Shown one piece after another: positions 1-9,358 of a DNA stretch of 45,854 nucleotides. The notes under the pieces were generated by a model that had not been told where the DNA came from, ran no database searches, and was given only the letters and a program-made list of their open reading frames with translations. The position numbers and the translations under genes were made by a program. Origin of the DNA: Faecousia sp. (GTDB lineage: Bacteria > Bacillota > Clostridia > Oscillospirales > Oscillospiraceae); the NCBI GenBank assembly GCA_045658625.1, contig JAZOVI010000005.1:1-45854 (forward strand). The letters are read 5' to 3'. The first letter of the stretch is position 1, and every line of letters starts with the position of its first letter.

Positions 1-1218
1 GCCGGGGCGCTTGCGGCACAGGTACTCGTCCAGCTTTTCCTTCATATTGTCGGGCATCGTTTTTGCCACGGGGCAACGAACGGCATTGACCATTCGGTCG
101 GTAAAGGCAATCAGGAAATCAATGTCGGCTACCATCTGCTCGCCCTTCATTACAGAGGAAGTATCATAACTGTTATGAATAGTGGCGGTGTTCGGAGGGG
201 CAATCCGCGCAAAGGAAACGGCAGGTACACCCTTGTCAGCAAAGGGGGTGGAGTCGCTGGAATACACATCCTGACGGCCGTCGATAGGGAAGCCGACCTC
301 ACTGCCAAAGTAGCTGGTGTAGTGGCACAGTGTTACTTCAGCGGTAACGCAGTAGATGAAACAACCCATAATACAGCCGATCATATCCAGATTGATGTTC
401 ATAACACAGTTTTTGGGCGCTTCTTCGTTTTCGCAGTAAGCTTTTGCGCCCAGCAGGCCTCTCTCTTCGCTGCCACACCAAATGAAACGCATACCATAGC
501 GGTGGGGATTTTTGGCGAAGTGCTCTGCAATACCCAAAATACCCAAACTGCCGGACATATTGTCGTAAGCGCCTTGGGAGAGGGAAGTGGAGTCGTAGTG
601 GGCGGTAAAGGCAATGTACTCGTCTGTTTCGCCGGGCAGATCCAAAATCACATTGTGGGAGGAGCCGGTATATTCTTCCTGCTTAAGAACGATCTTAGCT
701 GTGGAAGCGCCCTTGCGGATCAGCTCAATGGCATCTTTGGCGTTGATATTGACGCCGGGGATTTGATTGCCCTTGTGGACATAACTGCGCAGTTCCCGTT
801 GGTCAATATCCCAGTCGCAGTAGTTGGCGTTGCCGTCATAAGTAATGAAGCCAACAGCACCGTTTTCCAGCAGATCCTGATAGAGCCAGTAGCCCAAATA
901 GCCATCTACCATAACAATTTTACCCTTACACTGAGACAGGGAGAAAGGATCGGTAGAACGCAGATAGTACAGCGGTGCCTCCACTTCGTGGCTTCCGGCA
1001 TTTAAGTAACCTTTGCAGATAACAGTTTCACCATCTACGGTCAAAGTAGCTTCCTGTATGGTAGCCATCGGAACCTCAAAAGGTACAATCTCGGCAATAA
1101 GTCCCATTTGACTTACTAAATCGGCCAAATAATGGGCGGCTTTTAATTCTTCTGCGCTTCCGCCCATTCGGACATAAGCGGTATCTTCAAAAATTTTCAT
1201 AATTTGATTCGCGTTCAT
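1..1218 (-). CDS. M28 family Zn aminopeptidase, runs off the left edge (not in ORF track)
   Basis: Manual translation from ATG 1218 (GGAGGT RBS upstream): MNANQIMKIFED...; motifs TAHYDS, GAYDNMSG, SEERGLLG, SSDSTPFADKGVP, IHNSYDT. Confidence 0.85.
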   Translation of the reverse strand, partial: MNANQIMKIFEDTAYVRMGGSAEELKAAHYLADLVSQMGLIAEIVPFEVPMATIQEATLTVDGETVICKGYLNAGSHEVEAPLYYLRSTDPFSLSQCKGKIVMVDGYLGYWLYQDLLENGAVGFITYDGNANYCDWDIDQRELRSYVHKGNQIPGVNINAKDAIELIRKGASTAKIVLKQEEYTGSSHNVILDLPGETDEYIAFTAHYDSTSLSQGAYDNMSGSLGILGIAEHFAKNPHRYGMRFIWCGSEERGLLGAKAYCENEEAPKNCVMNINLDMIGCIMGCFIYCVTAEVTLCHYTSYFGSEVGFPIDGRQDVYSSDSTPFADKGVPAVSFARIAPPNTATIHNSYDTSSVMKGEQMVADIDFLIAFTDRMVNAVRCPVAKTMPDNMKEKLDEYLCRKRPG

Positions 1219-1349
1219 ATGTAACCTCCAATGTAGAATTTAGGTATATGGTAATCTTTTTGGACGAATTTTGCAAGAAAAAATTCCGTTTTTGTTATAT
1301 TGTGTTGATCTAACAAAAGGCAAGCGGTTGCGCTAAAAGACAAATGCTA

Positions 1350-1377
1350 TTGCAAAATTAGGTATTTGATTTATAAT
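1350..1377 (+). promoter_or_regulatory. sigma-A-type promoter for the lipoprotein gene
   Basis: TTGCAA-16 bp-TATAAT. Confidence 0.55.
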
Positions 1378-1409
1378 AAAAGCAACAAGCCAAATAGGAG
1401 GGCAGAAAT

Positions 1410-1814
1410 ATGAAGAAAACGAAGGTGCTTTTATTGGTGCTGGTGTGTGCGCTGTTGTTTGCCGCCTGCGCCGGTGGCGCGGAAAAGCTGACCGGGGCGT
1501 ACGAGGGCTATTACCTTACAAACGAGGATGGGGTTCTGTCCGTTACCAACTATCAGCCTTATAATTTCTTCGCCTTGCCGGACTATCAGGAATTGGTGGA
1601 ATACGGCGACGGCGCAGGGCTTGATAATGAGGGTGTGGTCTATTTTGTTTTTGTAACCGACACCTCCAAGGAAGATTGCTATTATTCTGCGGAGTTTGAC
1701 GGTCAGACCCGGGATCTTCTCTGTGAGGAAGGCACATTTTTTGCCGATGAAAATGCAAAGAATGAGACCGTAACGAGATTGCTCAATATGATAGATGCGC
1801 TGAAAAACAAATAA
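1410..1814 (+). CDS. hypothetical lipoprotein
   Basis: GGAGG RBS; signal peptide MKKTKVLLLVLVCALLFAAC ending in lipobox Cys. Confidence 0.75.
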   Translation: MKKTKVLLLVLVCALLFAACAGGAEKLTGAYEGYYLTNEDGVLSVTNYQPYNFFALPDYQELVEYGDGAGLDNEGVVYFVFVTDTSKEDCYYSAEFDGQTRDLLCEEGTFFADENAKNETVTRLLNMIDALKNK

Positions 1815-1816
1815 AT

Positions 1817-1857
1817 AATTGCACCTGTTCCGGGGAAGGGAACAGGTGCAATTTTTA
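1817..1857. terminator. bidirectional intrinsic terminator
   Basis: AATTGCACCTGTTCC/GGAACAGGTGCAATT inverted repeat between convergent genes. Confidence 0.8.
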
Positions 1858-3135
1858 TTATACATTCTCTAATGCCTGGGCGATGTCAGCGATGAGATCT
1901 TCGCTGTTCTCTAAACCGCAGGAGAGGCGGATCAGGTCTGCGCCAACGCCGGCGGCGTCCAGCTCGGCATCCGACATCTGCCGGTGGGTGGAGCTGGCAG
2001 GGTGCAAACAGCAGGTTCGGGAGTCTGCTACGTGGGTCTCGATAGAGCCAAGGTTCAGGTGCTTCATAAAGGTTTCCGCACCCTTACGACCGGATTTCAG
2101 GCCAAAGGAGATGACACCGCAAGAGCCGTTGGGCAGATATTTTTGAGCGAGGGCATAATAGGGATCGTCCTCCAGGCCGCAGTACCGTACCCAAGCCACT
2201 TTTTCATGGTTGTGGAGGAAGCGGGCAATTTTATCGGCATTTTGGCAATGCTGCTTCATTCTAAAGGGCAGGCTTTCCAGACCCAAATTCAGAATAAAGG
2301 CATTTTGGGGCGCTTGCATAGCGCCGAAATCACGCATCAGCTGGGCGGTACACTTGGTGATAAAGGCGCCTTTGCCGAATCGCTCGGCGTAGACGACACC
2401 GTGGTAGCTGTCGTCGGGGGTGCAGAGGCCGGGGAATTTGTCGGCATGCGCCATCCAGTCGAAATTGCCGCTGTCCACGATGCAGCCGCCCAAAACGGCG
2501 GCGTGGCCATCCATATACTTGGTGGTGGAGTGGGTTACGATGTCTGCGCCAAATTCAAAGGGACGGCAGTTGATGGGGGTGGCAAAGGTATTATCCACAA
2601 TGAGCGGTACGCCGTGAGCATGGGCGCACTTAGCGAATTTCTCAATATCCAGTACAGACAGGGCGGGGTTTGCGATGGTCTCACCGAAAACAGCCTTTGT
2701 GTTGGGCTGGAAAGCGGCGTTCAGCTCTTCTTCCGTGCAGTCTGGGCTGACAAAGGTAAAGGAAATGCCCATTTTTTTCATGGTTACGGAGAAGAGGTTG
2801 AAGCTGCCGCCGTAAATGGCGGAGCTGGCGATGACGTGGTCGCCGCAGCTGGCAATATTAAAAATGGAATAGAAGGTGGCTGCCTGGCCGGAGCTGGTCA
2901 GCATTGCTGCCACGCCACCCTCCAGGGCGCAGATTTTTGCAGCTACGTGGTCGCAGGTGGGATTTTGTAGCCGGGAGTAGAAATAGCCTTCTGCCTCCAG
3001 GTCAAAAAGCTTGCCCATATCCTCGGAAGTGGAATACTTAAAAGTGGTGCTCTGGATAATGGGGACTTGCCGGGGCTCACCGTTTCCGGGCGTGTATCCG
3101 GCCTGGATGCATAGGGTTTCGGGACGAAGTTCCAT
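1858..3135 (-). CDS. metY: O-acetylhomoserine aminocarboxypropyltransferase/sulfhydrylase (Cys/Met PLP enzyme)
   Basis: YSRLQNPT, SSGQAA, IVDNTFATP, HSTTKY (PLP lysine), HPASSTHRQ, IRLSCGLE. Confidence 0.9.
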   Translation of the reverse strand: MELRPETLCIQAGYTPGNGEPRQVPIIQSTTFKYSTSEDMGKLFDLEAEGYFYSRLQNPTCDHVAAKICALEGGVAAMLTSSGQAATFYSIFNIASCGDHVIASSAIYGGSFNLFSVTMKKMGISFTFVSPDCTEEELNAAFQPNTKAVFGETIANPALSVLDIEKFAKCAHAHGVPLIVDNTFATPINCRPFEFGADIVTHSTTKYMDGHAAVLGGCIVDSGNFDWMAHADKFPGLCTPDDSYHGVVYAERFGKGAFITKCTAQLMRDFGAMQAPQNAFILNLGLESLPFRMKQHCQNADKIARFLHNHEKVAWVRYCGLEDDPYYALAQKYLPNGSCGVISFGLKSGRKGAETFMKHLNLGSIETHVADSRTCCLHPASSTHRQMSDAELDAAGVGADLIRLSCGLENSEDLIADIAQALENV

Positions 3136-3198
3136 AAAAATTCACCTCAAAAGTCATTTGTAGCTATTGTAGTCCTTTTTTGTGTTGTTGTCAATAAA

Positions 3199-3951
3199 TC
3201 AGCCCAGTAGTACGTCGGAAATCAGCATAATGCAGAAGCCGACCAGGAGGGCATAGGTTGCGCCCCGCTCGCTGCCGTGGGCATGGGTTTCGGGGATCAT
3301 CTCGTCGCTGATGACATAGAGCATCGTACCACCGGCAAATGCCAGGGCGAAAGGCAAAATGGCAGTAGCCACACTGACGGCAAGGTAGCCGAGCAAACAG
3401 CCTATAATTTCTACTACACCGGTCAGCGCTGCGCAGATAAAGGTCTTTTTTGGTTTTACACCGGCGGCAAGCATTGGCCCAATGATGACCATGCCCTCGG
3501 GGATGTTCTGCAGGGCGATACCGCCTGCAATCAAAAGCGCTTGGGAGTCGTTACCGGAGCCAAAACCAACGCCGGCGGCGATGCCTTCAGGCAAATTGTG
3601 GATGGCAATGGCGGCCACGAATAGCAAAACTTTGCTCAAATTGGCGTTATTGTGGGCTTCAATGTCCTGACCGACCATTTTATGGAGGTGAGGAACGACT
3701 TTATCAATGAGGTTCAGGCAGAAAGCGCCGGCAAAAATGCCTGCAATGGTAATCAGCAGACCGAAATCTCCGCCGTAGTCCAAAGAGGGCAGAATAAGAC
3801 CTAGCACAGCCGCTGCCAGCATCACACCGGCGGCAAAGGACAAAACAATGTCAGAAAATTTGTGGGATTGCTTCTTAAAAAGAAAGCCAATAATAGCGCC
3901 GAATACCGTGGCGCCGCCTACACCTAAGGCAGTAAGTAATACAAGTTCCAT
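3199..3951 (-). CDS. ZIP family (ZupT-like) metal transporter
   Basis: FAAGVML, HNLPEG, QNIPEG, DEMIPETH; multiple TM helices. Confidence 0.9.
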   Translation of the reverse strand: MELVLLTALGVGGATVFGAIIGFLFKKQSHKFSDIVLSFAAGVMLAAAVLGLILPSLDYGGDFGLLITIAGIFAGAFCLNLIDKVVPHLHKMVGQDIEAHNNANLSKVLLFVAAIAIHNLPEGIAAGVGFGSGNDSQALLIAGGIALQNIPEGMVIIGPMLAAGVKPKKTFICAALTGVVEIIGCLLGYLAVSVATAILPFALAFAGGTMLYVISDEMIPETHAHGSERGATYALLVGFCIMLISDVLLG

Positions 3952-3973
3952 AAAATCAGTCCTTTCCTAAAAG

Positions 3974-4000
3974 AAAAAGTCCCGGTGAGCCGGGACTTTT
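3974..4000 (-). terminator. intrinsic terminator after rubredoxin
   Basis: AAAAGTCCCGG-TGAG-CCGGGACTTTT hairpin flanked by A/T tracts. Confidence 0.7.
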
Positions 4001-4004
4001 CAGC

Positions 4005-4160
4005 TTAGTTTTCGGAAAAGTCTTCCTTGCCCACGCCGCAAAGGGGGCATACAAAATCTTCGGGGAGGTCAGAGAATTTGGTGCCGGGCTCAATGCCGTT
4101 ATCGGGATCGCCCATCTCTTCATTGTAGACCCAACCGCATACATCACATACATATTCCAT
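4005..4160 (-). CDS. rubredoxin, 51 aa (below ORF track cutoff)
   Basis: [51 protein letters not shown]; two CxxCG motifs; GGAGGT RBS. Confidence 0.95.
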   Translation of the reverse strand: MEYVCDVCGWVYNEEMGDPDNGIEPGTKFSDLPEDFVCPLCGVGKEDFSEN

Positions 4161-4201
4161 AATTATTACCTCCGATTATATTGTTTACGAAAATTAATTT
4201 T

Positions 4202-4912
4202 TTATTTTTCAAACAGGGGCTTTGCCACCCGTTTGTAAAACAAAAGTGTTAGGGCAGAAACGGAAATGCCCTTGATGAGATTTAAGGGAACGACCGCAAA
4301 CAGCACGAGGGTAGACAGGGAAGTGATGTTTCCGTTAATGGCTGTTCCCATTTCCACTATGGCATTCAGAGGAAGCCCGTAAAGCTCGGAAAACTTGGGG
4401 ATAAGATAAATGCCGTTAAAGGCACTGCCAAAAGCGGTCAGTACGATTGTGCCGGTTATTAGACCAAAAACGGCGCTTTTCCGCGACTTTTTTGTGTGAT
4501 AAACAATGGCAGCAGGGAGAACTAAACTACAGCCTACAGCGAAATTAGCAAAGTCTCCTACAAAGGCGGTGCTTGTGCCTTTTAACAGTAGTTTCAGAAG
4601 GATTTTCACAGCTTCGCAGGCTATCGTTGCCGACGGCCCTAAATAAAAACCGCAGAGCATTACCGGCACTTCCGAGAAATCCAGCTTATAAAAGCCAGGC
4701 GCCAGGAAAGGCAGGGGGAAGTCAAAAATATGCAAGATGGAGGCAACCGCGCCGCAGATGGCAATCAGGCACAGCCGGCGGGTAGGGGAGATAGACCGAA
4801 GAGGCAGCTTCTTTTCAAAAAACTTTGCAAAAACGGTCAGCGCTGCGGCAATAGCGGCGCAGATTAGCACGAACAGCAGGTTGTCTCCAATTTGACGGAT
4901 CAGTTCTTCCAT
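4202..4912 (-). CDS. ribU: ECF transporter S component, riboflavin (RibU-like)
   Basis: FPLPFLAPGFYKLDFSEVPV, GDFANF, PLNLIKG motifs; FMN riboswitch directly upstream; start taken at MEELIRQ. Confidence 0.85.
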   Translation of the reverse strand: MEELIRQIGDNLLFVLICAAIAAALTVFAKFFEKKLPLRSISPTRRLCLIAICGAVASILHIFDFPLPFLAPGFYKLDFSEVPVMLCGFYLGPSATIACEAVKILLKLLLKGTSTAFVGDFANFAVGCSLVLPAAIVYHTKKSRKSAVFGLITGTIVLTAFGSAFNGIYLIPKFSELYGLPLNAIVEMGTAINGNITSLSTLVLFAVVPLNLIKGISVSALTLLFYKRVAKPLFEK

Positions 4913-4990
4913 AGTAACATCCCTCTCATAAATAATGCGCCCAAGAGTATACACTCAGGGCGCAGTTATCTCACAGGAATGCCCAAAGTG

Positions 4991-5095
4991 CTTCTTTCAT
5001 CCAGACTGTACTGTCGGTATCGGAATTACACCGATTCTGCGCTGCGCGCTCGCGGACTTTACCGCCGGTCGGGAATTTCACCCTGCCCTGAAACC
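4991..5095 (-). ncRNA. FMN riboswitch (RFN element)
   Basis: Reverse complement reads TTCAGGGCAGGGTGAAATTCCCGACCGGCGGTAAAGTCCGCGAG...CCGACAGTACAGTCTGGATGAAAGAAG, matching the RFN consensus. Confidence 0.95.
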
Positions 5096-5162
5096 TTTGA
5101 TATTGGAAGAGTAGCATATTTCCTCCTACTTGTCAAGCAGAAGGAAATATGGTAAAATATGC

Positions 5163-5627
5163 TTACTCAGTGGCGTCCTTCAAAAGGCCACGGATGGCGC
5201 CGTTTGGCGCGGTGTCGGTGATGTCGCCGCCGATGACCTGGTTTTTGTAGATGAGGAGCGTGGCGTAGACCGGCGCGGTGGAATCCGGGTAATTTGTAAC
5301 CTTATACACATAGCGCATTACGGTTTTTCCGGCAAATTGCGTCAGGTCAAAGCCCTGGGTCTTTTGCAGGTCATTGTAGCGGTCGTAGACCTCGGTGGTT
5401 TGTGTGGGGATGCGAACCTGGCCGGATTCCGCAGGCGAGGCGTTTACCTCCCAACCGAGACCCTTCAGGTATTCCACTCTGGCGCTGTTGGAAGACAGAT
5501 CCGGAGCGGCTGTTTGGGTGCTGTCGCTGCCGCCGAAAAGTAGGATAAGTGCCAAAATACCGATGGCCACAGCTCCCAGAGCGATGGCAATCTTTTTTGG
5601 ATCCAATTTTGCAGTCATAAACATCAT
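5163..5627 (-). CDS. DUF4830-like membrane-anchored protein
   Basis: N-terminal TM; RVEYLKGLGWEV, YNDLQKTQGFDL, VIGGDI motifs. Confidence 0.75.
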   Translation of the reverse strand: MMFMTAKLDPKKIAIALGAVAIGILALILLFGGSDSTQTAAPDLSSNSARVEYLKGLGWEVNASPAESGQVRIPTQTTEVYDRYNDLQKTQGFDLTQFAGKTVMRYVYKVTNYPDSTAPVYATLLIYKNQVIGGDITDTAPNGAIRGLLKDATE

Positions 5628-5707
5628 AATGATTTCCCTCCCGTTGATTATTTGCCGATAAAGCCTATGAGGTTTGGGGAGGGAATATGTACAAAACGGA
5701 GTAAACT

Positions 5708-6394
5708 ATGGAAAGATTGGATAAATTCCTCTGCGATGCCGGTGTTGGCAGCCGCAGTCAGGTGAAGCAAATTCTAAAGGCCGGGCGTGTTACCGTAAAG
5801 GGAACGGTAATTCGGGACGGCAGCGTGAAAACAGACGGAACGGATGTTTTCCTGGACGGAGAAGCGGTGGGAAAAAAGGGTCTGGCGGTTGTGATGCTGA
5901 ACAAGCCGGCAGGCTATGTTACCGCCCGGACAGATGAGACGCAAAAAACGGTAATGGAATTGCTACCCAAGGAAATGCTTGCTTGGGATTTGCATCCCAT
6001 CGGCCGCTTGGATAAGGAAACGGAGGGGCTTTTGCTCTTTACCAATGATGGCGACCTGCTTCATCGACTGATTAGCCCTAAAAAAGGCGTGCAGAAGGTT
6101 TATTACGCCCGGCACGAGGGGACAGCGGGGGAAGAAGATGTGGCATCTTTTTCGGAAGGGATTACTTTGCGGGACGGTATACATTGTCTTCCTGCTGTGT
6201 TGCAGCCCTTGGGTGAGGGGGAAAGCTTGATTACTGTTTGCGAAGGAAAATACCATCAGGTTCGGCGAATGATGGCATCCCGCGGTCTGCACGTAACATA
6301 TCTGGAGCGTCGGGAGGAAGGCGCGCTTACTTTGGGCGATCTGCCCCGAGGAGCAGCCAGGGAACTTTCGCCGGAAGAAATATTGGCATTATGA
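5708..6394 (+). CDS. rsuA: RsuA-family rRNA pseudouridine synthase
   Basis: S4 domain ERLDKFL; NKPAG; GRLDKETEGLLL (catalytic Asp); EGKYHQVRRM. Confidence 0.9.
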   Translation: MERLDKFLCDAGVGSRSQVKQILKAGRVTVKGTVIRDGSVKTDGTDVFLDGEAVGKKGLAVVMLNKPAGYVTARTDETQKTVMELLPKEMLAWDLHPIGRLDKETEGLLLFTNDGDLLHRLISPKKGVQKVYYARHEGTAGEEDVASFSEGITLRDGIHCLPAVLQPLGEGESLITVCEGKYHQVRRMMASRGLHVTYLERREEGALTLGDLPRGAARELSPEEILAL

Positions 6395-6490
6395 CGATAA
6401 AAATAGCCTATTTTCCCGAAGCAGAGACTTCTGCTTCGGGAATTTTCACAAAAAAAGGGGGAATTTTTGCAATAAAATGTCAAAATAGCC

Positions 6491-6519
6491 TTGCAATTTG
6501 CGCAAAATGAATATATAAT
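6491..6519 (+). promoter_or_regulatory. sigma-A promoter
   Basis: TTGCAA-17 bp-TATAAT. Confidence 0.6.
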
Positions 6520-6573
6520 GTTATCACAATTTGACAGAAACGGTCGTTGTGCATTATTTAAGGAGGCAGTAGT

Positions 6574-7662
6574 ATGTCTAACAGTGTATTTCAAGGAATC
6601 ATTTCCCAGTTAAAAGACACCACCAAGCGGACTTTAGGCGTCATTGACCACGAAGGCCGGGTAATTGCCTGTACTGATGCATCCCTGATGGGAGAGCGGT
6701 GGACAGAGGCTGCTTTGCGGGTCGTGAGTGCGCCCGAGCAAATGATTACCTTTGGACAAAAAACCTTCCGTGGTATGGTCAATAGTGCCAATGTATTTGA
6801 ATACGCTGTTTTCTGCTTGGGTGAGGATGAATTGGCCAAATCTTTGTGTGGTGTTTTATATGTTACGCTAAACAATGCCAAATCCTTTTACGAAGAAAAG
6901 CACGATCGTGGCACATTCGTAAAAAACATCATTATGGACAATATTCTGCCCGGTGATATTTATGTGCGGGCTAAGGAACTGCAGTTTGCTACTGAAATGC
7001 CCCGGGCGGTATTTTTGATCCGCCAAGTGGGCCATGTGGATGTAACAGTGGTGGATTTGGTGGCATCTATGTTCCCCGATAAGAAGCAGGACTTTGTTCT
7101 GAGTATTAACGAAACGGATATAGCGGTCATCAAGCAGATGGAGGAAGAGCCCTCCAATGAGGAACTTGAGAAAATTGCCCAAAGCATTGCCGATATGCTT
7201 AAAAACGAATTGGGTATCGAAACGGTTATTGGTATCGGTACGGTAGCGGGACACTTGCGGGAACTGGCGGATGCTTACAAAGAAGCACAGACTGCCATTG
7301 ATGTGGGCAAGGTTTTTGACAATGAAAAGAGCATTATCAATTACGAAAGCCTGGGCATTGGTCGGCTGATCTATCAGTTGCCCACCACGCTGTGCGATAT
7401 TTTCCTTTCCGAGGTATTCAAGAAAAATTCGATTGACTCTTTGGATCAAGAAACCCTCTTTACTATCAACGAGTTCTTTGAAAATGACCTGAATGTTTCC
7501 GAGACTTCCCGGAAGCTGTTTGTTCACCGTAATACCCTGGTCTACCGGCTGGAGAAGATCAATAAGCAGATCGGTCTGGACCTGCGTAAGTTTGATCATG
7601 CCATCGTTTTCAAGGTGGCAATGATGGTTCGGAAGTACTTAGCTTCTCAGGATATGCGATAA
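6574..7662 (+). CDS. CdaR/PucR family transcriptional regulator
   Basis: C-terminal HTH LNVSETSRKLFVHRNTLVYRLEKI; commonly found upstream of ftsEX in Clostridia. Confidence 0.88.
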   Translation: MSNSVFQGIISQLKDTTKRTLGVIDHEGRVIACTDASLMGERWTEAALRVVSAPEQMITFGQKTFRGMVNSANVFEYAVFCLGEDELAKSLCGVLYVTLNNAKSFYEEKHDRGTFVKNIIMDNILPGDIYVRAKELQFATEMPRAVFLIRQVGHVDVTVVDLVASMFPDKKQDFVLSINETDIAVIKQMEEEPSNEELEKIAQSIADMLKNELGIETVIGIGTVAGHLRELADAYKEAQTAIDVGKVFDNEKSIINYESLGIGRLIYQLPTTLCDIFLSEVFKKNSIDSLDQETLFTINEFFENDLNVSETSRKLFVHRNTLVYRLEKINKQIGLDLRKFDHAIVFKVAMMVRKYLASQDMR

Positions 7663-7667
7663 CATAT

Positions 7668-7697
7668 AAAAAAGCCACCCGTGTGGGTGGCTTTTTT
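7668..7697 (+). terminator. intrinsic terminator
   Basis: AAAAAGCCACCC-GTGT-GGGTGGCTTTTTT. Confidence 0.8.
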
Positions 7698-7698
7698 A

Positions 7699-7728
7699 TT
7701 GACACTGGGTAGAGATATATGGTACAAT
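7699..7728 (+). promoter_or_regulatory. sigma-A promoter of the ftsEX operon
   Basis: TTGACA-18 bp-TACAAT preceded by TGG. Confidence 0.6.
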
Positions 7729-7789
7729 TTCTATGTATAGTAAAATGGCAAAACCTGTAGAACAAACAAGTTTTTCGGGAGATAGAGAT

Positions 7790-8467
7790 ATGATTGAATT
7801 TGCTAATGTAACCAAAGATTATAACGGAAATACCCGGGCGCTGAAAGGCGTCTCCCTGCAGATTGATGACGGAGAGTTTGTATTCCTGGTAGGTCCTTCC
7901 GGTTCCGGTAAGTCTACCATTATGAAGCTGATCTCCGGTGAGCTGAAGCCGACTTCCGGCTATGTCCACGTCAACGGCTACGAGCTGGACCGCATCCGCA
8001 GATACCAGCTGCCTTACCTGCGCCGGACTGTCGGTGTGATTTTCCAGGATTTCCGGCTGATTGAGAATATGACCGTCTATGAAAACGTGGCGTTTGCCAT
8101 GCGTGTAGTGGGCGCAAAGCGGAGAGAGATTAAAGAGCGTGTACCCTATGTTCTCAAGCTGGTTGGCCTGGAAGGAAAGGCTCACCGCCGTCCTAACGAA
8201 ATCTCCGGCGGTGAGCAGCAGCGGCTTGCCATTGCCAGAGCCCTTGTCAATAACCCCTCTACTATCATTGCCGACGAGCCTACCGGCAACCTTGACCCTG
8301 CCCGCGCATTGGAAATTATGCGCCTTTTGCAGGAGATTAACCGGCTGGGTACTACGGTTGTGGTTGTTACCCACCAGCACGAGCTTGTGGAGCAGTTTAG
8401 TAACCGAGTGATCGTTATTAACAACGGCCTTGTGGCCAGCGACAGAATGGTAGGTGGGGAAGAATGA
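7790..8467 (+). CDS. ftsE: cell division ABC ATPase FtsE
   Basis: GPSGSGKST, GVIFQDFRLI, ISGGEQQR, ADEPTGNLD; followed by ftsX. Confidence 0.93.
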   Translation: MIEFANVTKDYNGNTRALKGVSLQIDDGEFVFLVGPSGSGKSTIMKLISGELKPTSGYVHVNGYELDRIRRYQLPYLRRTVGVIFQDFRLIENMTVYENVAFAMRVVGAKRREIKERVPYVLKLVGLEGKAHRRPNEISGGEQQRLAIARALVNNPSTIIADEPTGNLDPARALEIMRLLQEINRLGTTVVVVTHQHELVEQFSNRVIVINNGLVASDRMVGGEE

Positions 8468-9351
8468 GACTTAATAATATCCCGTATTTGTTAAAAGAGG
8501 GTATCCGCGGCCTGTTTACCCACGGATTTCAGTCTGTTTCCGCTTTCGCGGTAACGGTGTTCTCTTTGTTGATTACCGGCGCATTTATTTGCCTGGCTTT
8601 TAATATCAACATTATGGTGGATGACCTGAATAAGACCAATGAGGTCATTGTCTACATAAGCGATTCCTTGACCGATGCGGATGCCAAGAGTGTCGGAACA
8701 AAAATCAGCGAGATTCCCAATGTACACAGCCGCACCTTTGTCTCCCGGGAACAGGCGCTGGAGGAGTTCATTGCCAACAATGGCGGCGAAGAGGCTTTTG
8801 AAGGTGTAGAAGCTTCTGACTTGCGCCACCGTTATGTGGTTATTTTGGATGATAACCGGCTGATTGAGGACACGGTTAAGCAGCTGGAAGCTATCCGCGG
8901 CGTGGACAAGGTTAGCGCAGCTTTGGAGCTGGCAAGAGGCTTTTCCACAATCAAGGATATTGTGATTATTGCCTCTTTGTTTATTGCGGCAGTTCTGCTG
9001 TTTGTTACCTTGGTGATTATTTTCAATACCGTTAAGCTTGCTACCCACGAGCGTCGTGAGGAGATTGCCATTATGAAAATGGTGGGCGCTACCAATGGCT
9101 TTATCCGTTGCCCCTTCGTGGTGGAAGGTATGACCTTGGGCCTTTCCGGTGCTGTGGTTGCCCTTGGCGCGGAATGGGCAATGTACGAGGTGATCCGGGA
9201 AAAAATGGCGCAGATGGATACCTTGAAAATGATTAGCTTAGTGCCCTTTACTGAGCTTTTGGTACTGATTGCGGCTATTTTTGGCGGCGCAGGTCTGTTT
9301 GTTGGCATTGTGGGCGGCTGGACCTCCATCCGCAAGTTCCTGAAAGTGTGA
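8464..9351 (+). CDS. ftsX: cell division permease FtsX
   Basis: 4 TM with extracellular loop; IFNTVKL...RREEIAIMKMVGATNGFIRCPFVVEG. Confidence 0.92.
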   Translation: MRLNNIPYLLKEGIRGLFTHGFQSVSAFAVTVFSLLITGAFICLAFNINIMVDDLNKTNEVIVYISDSLTDADAKSVGTKISEIPNVHSRTFVSREQALEEFIANNGGEEAFEGVEASDLRHRYVVILDDNRLIEDTVKQLEAIRGVDKVSAALELARGFSTIKDIVIIASLFIAAVLLFVTLVIIFNTVKLATHERREEIAIMKMVGATNGFIRCPFVVEGMTLGLSGAVVALGAEWAMYEVIREKMAQMDTLKMISLVPFTELLVLIAAIFGGAGLFVGIVGGWTSIRKFLKV

Positions 9352-9358
9352 GGACAGC

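Noticed and set aside
175-1005. 276 aa plus-strand ORF
   Set aside because: Antisense shadow of the M28 peptidase, which carries the recognisable motifs
3956-4153. 65 aa minus-strand ORF in the track
   Set aside because: Wrong frame; the real gene is rubredoxin at 4005-4160
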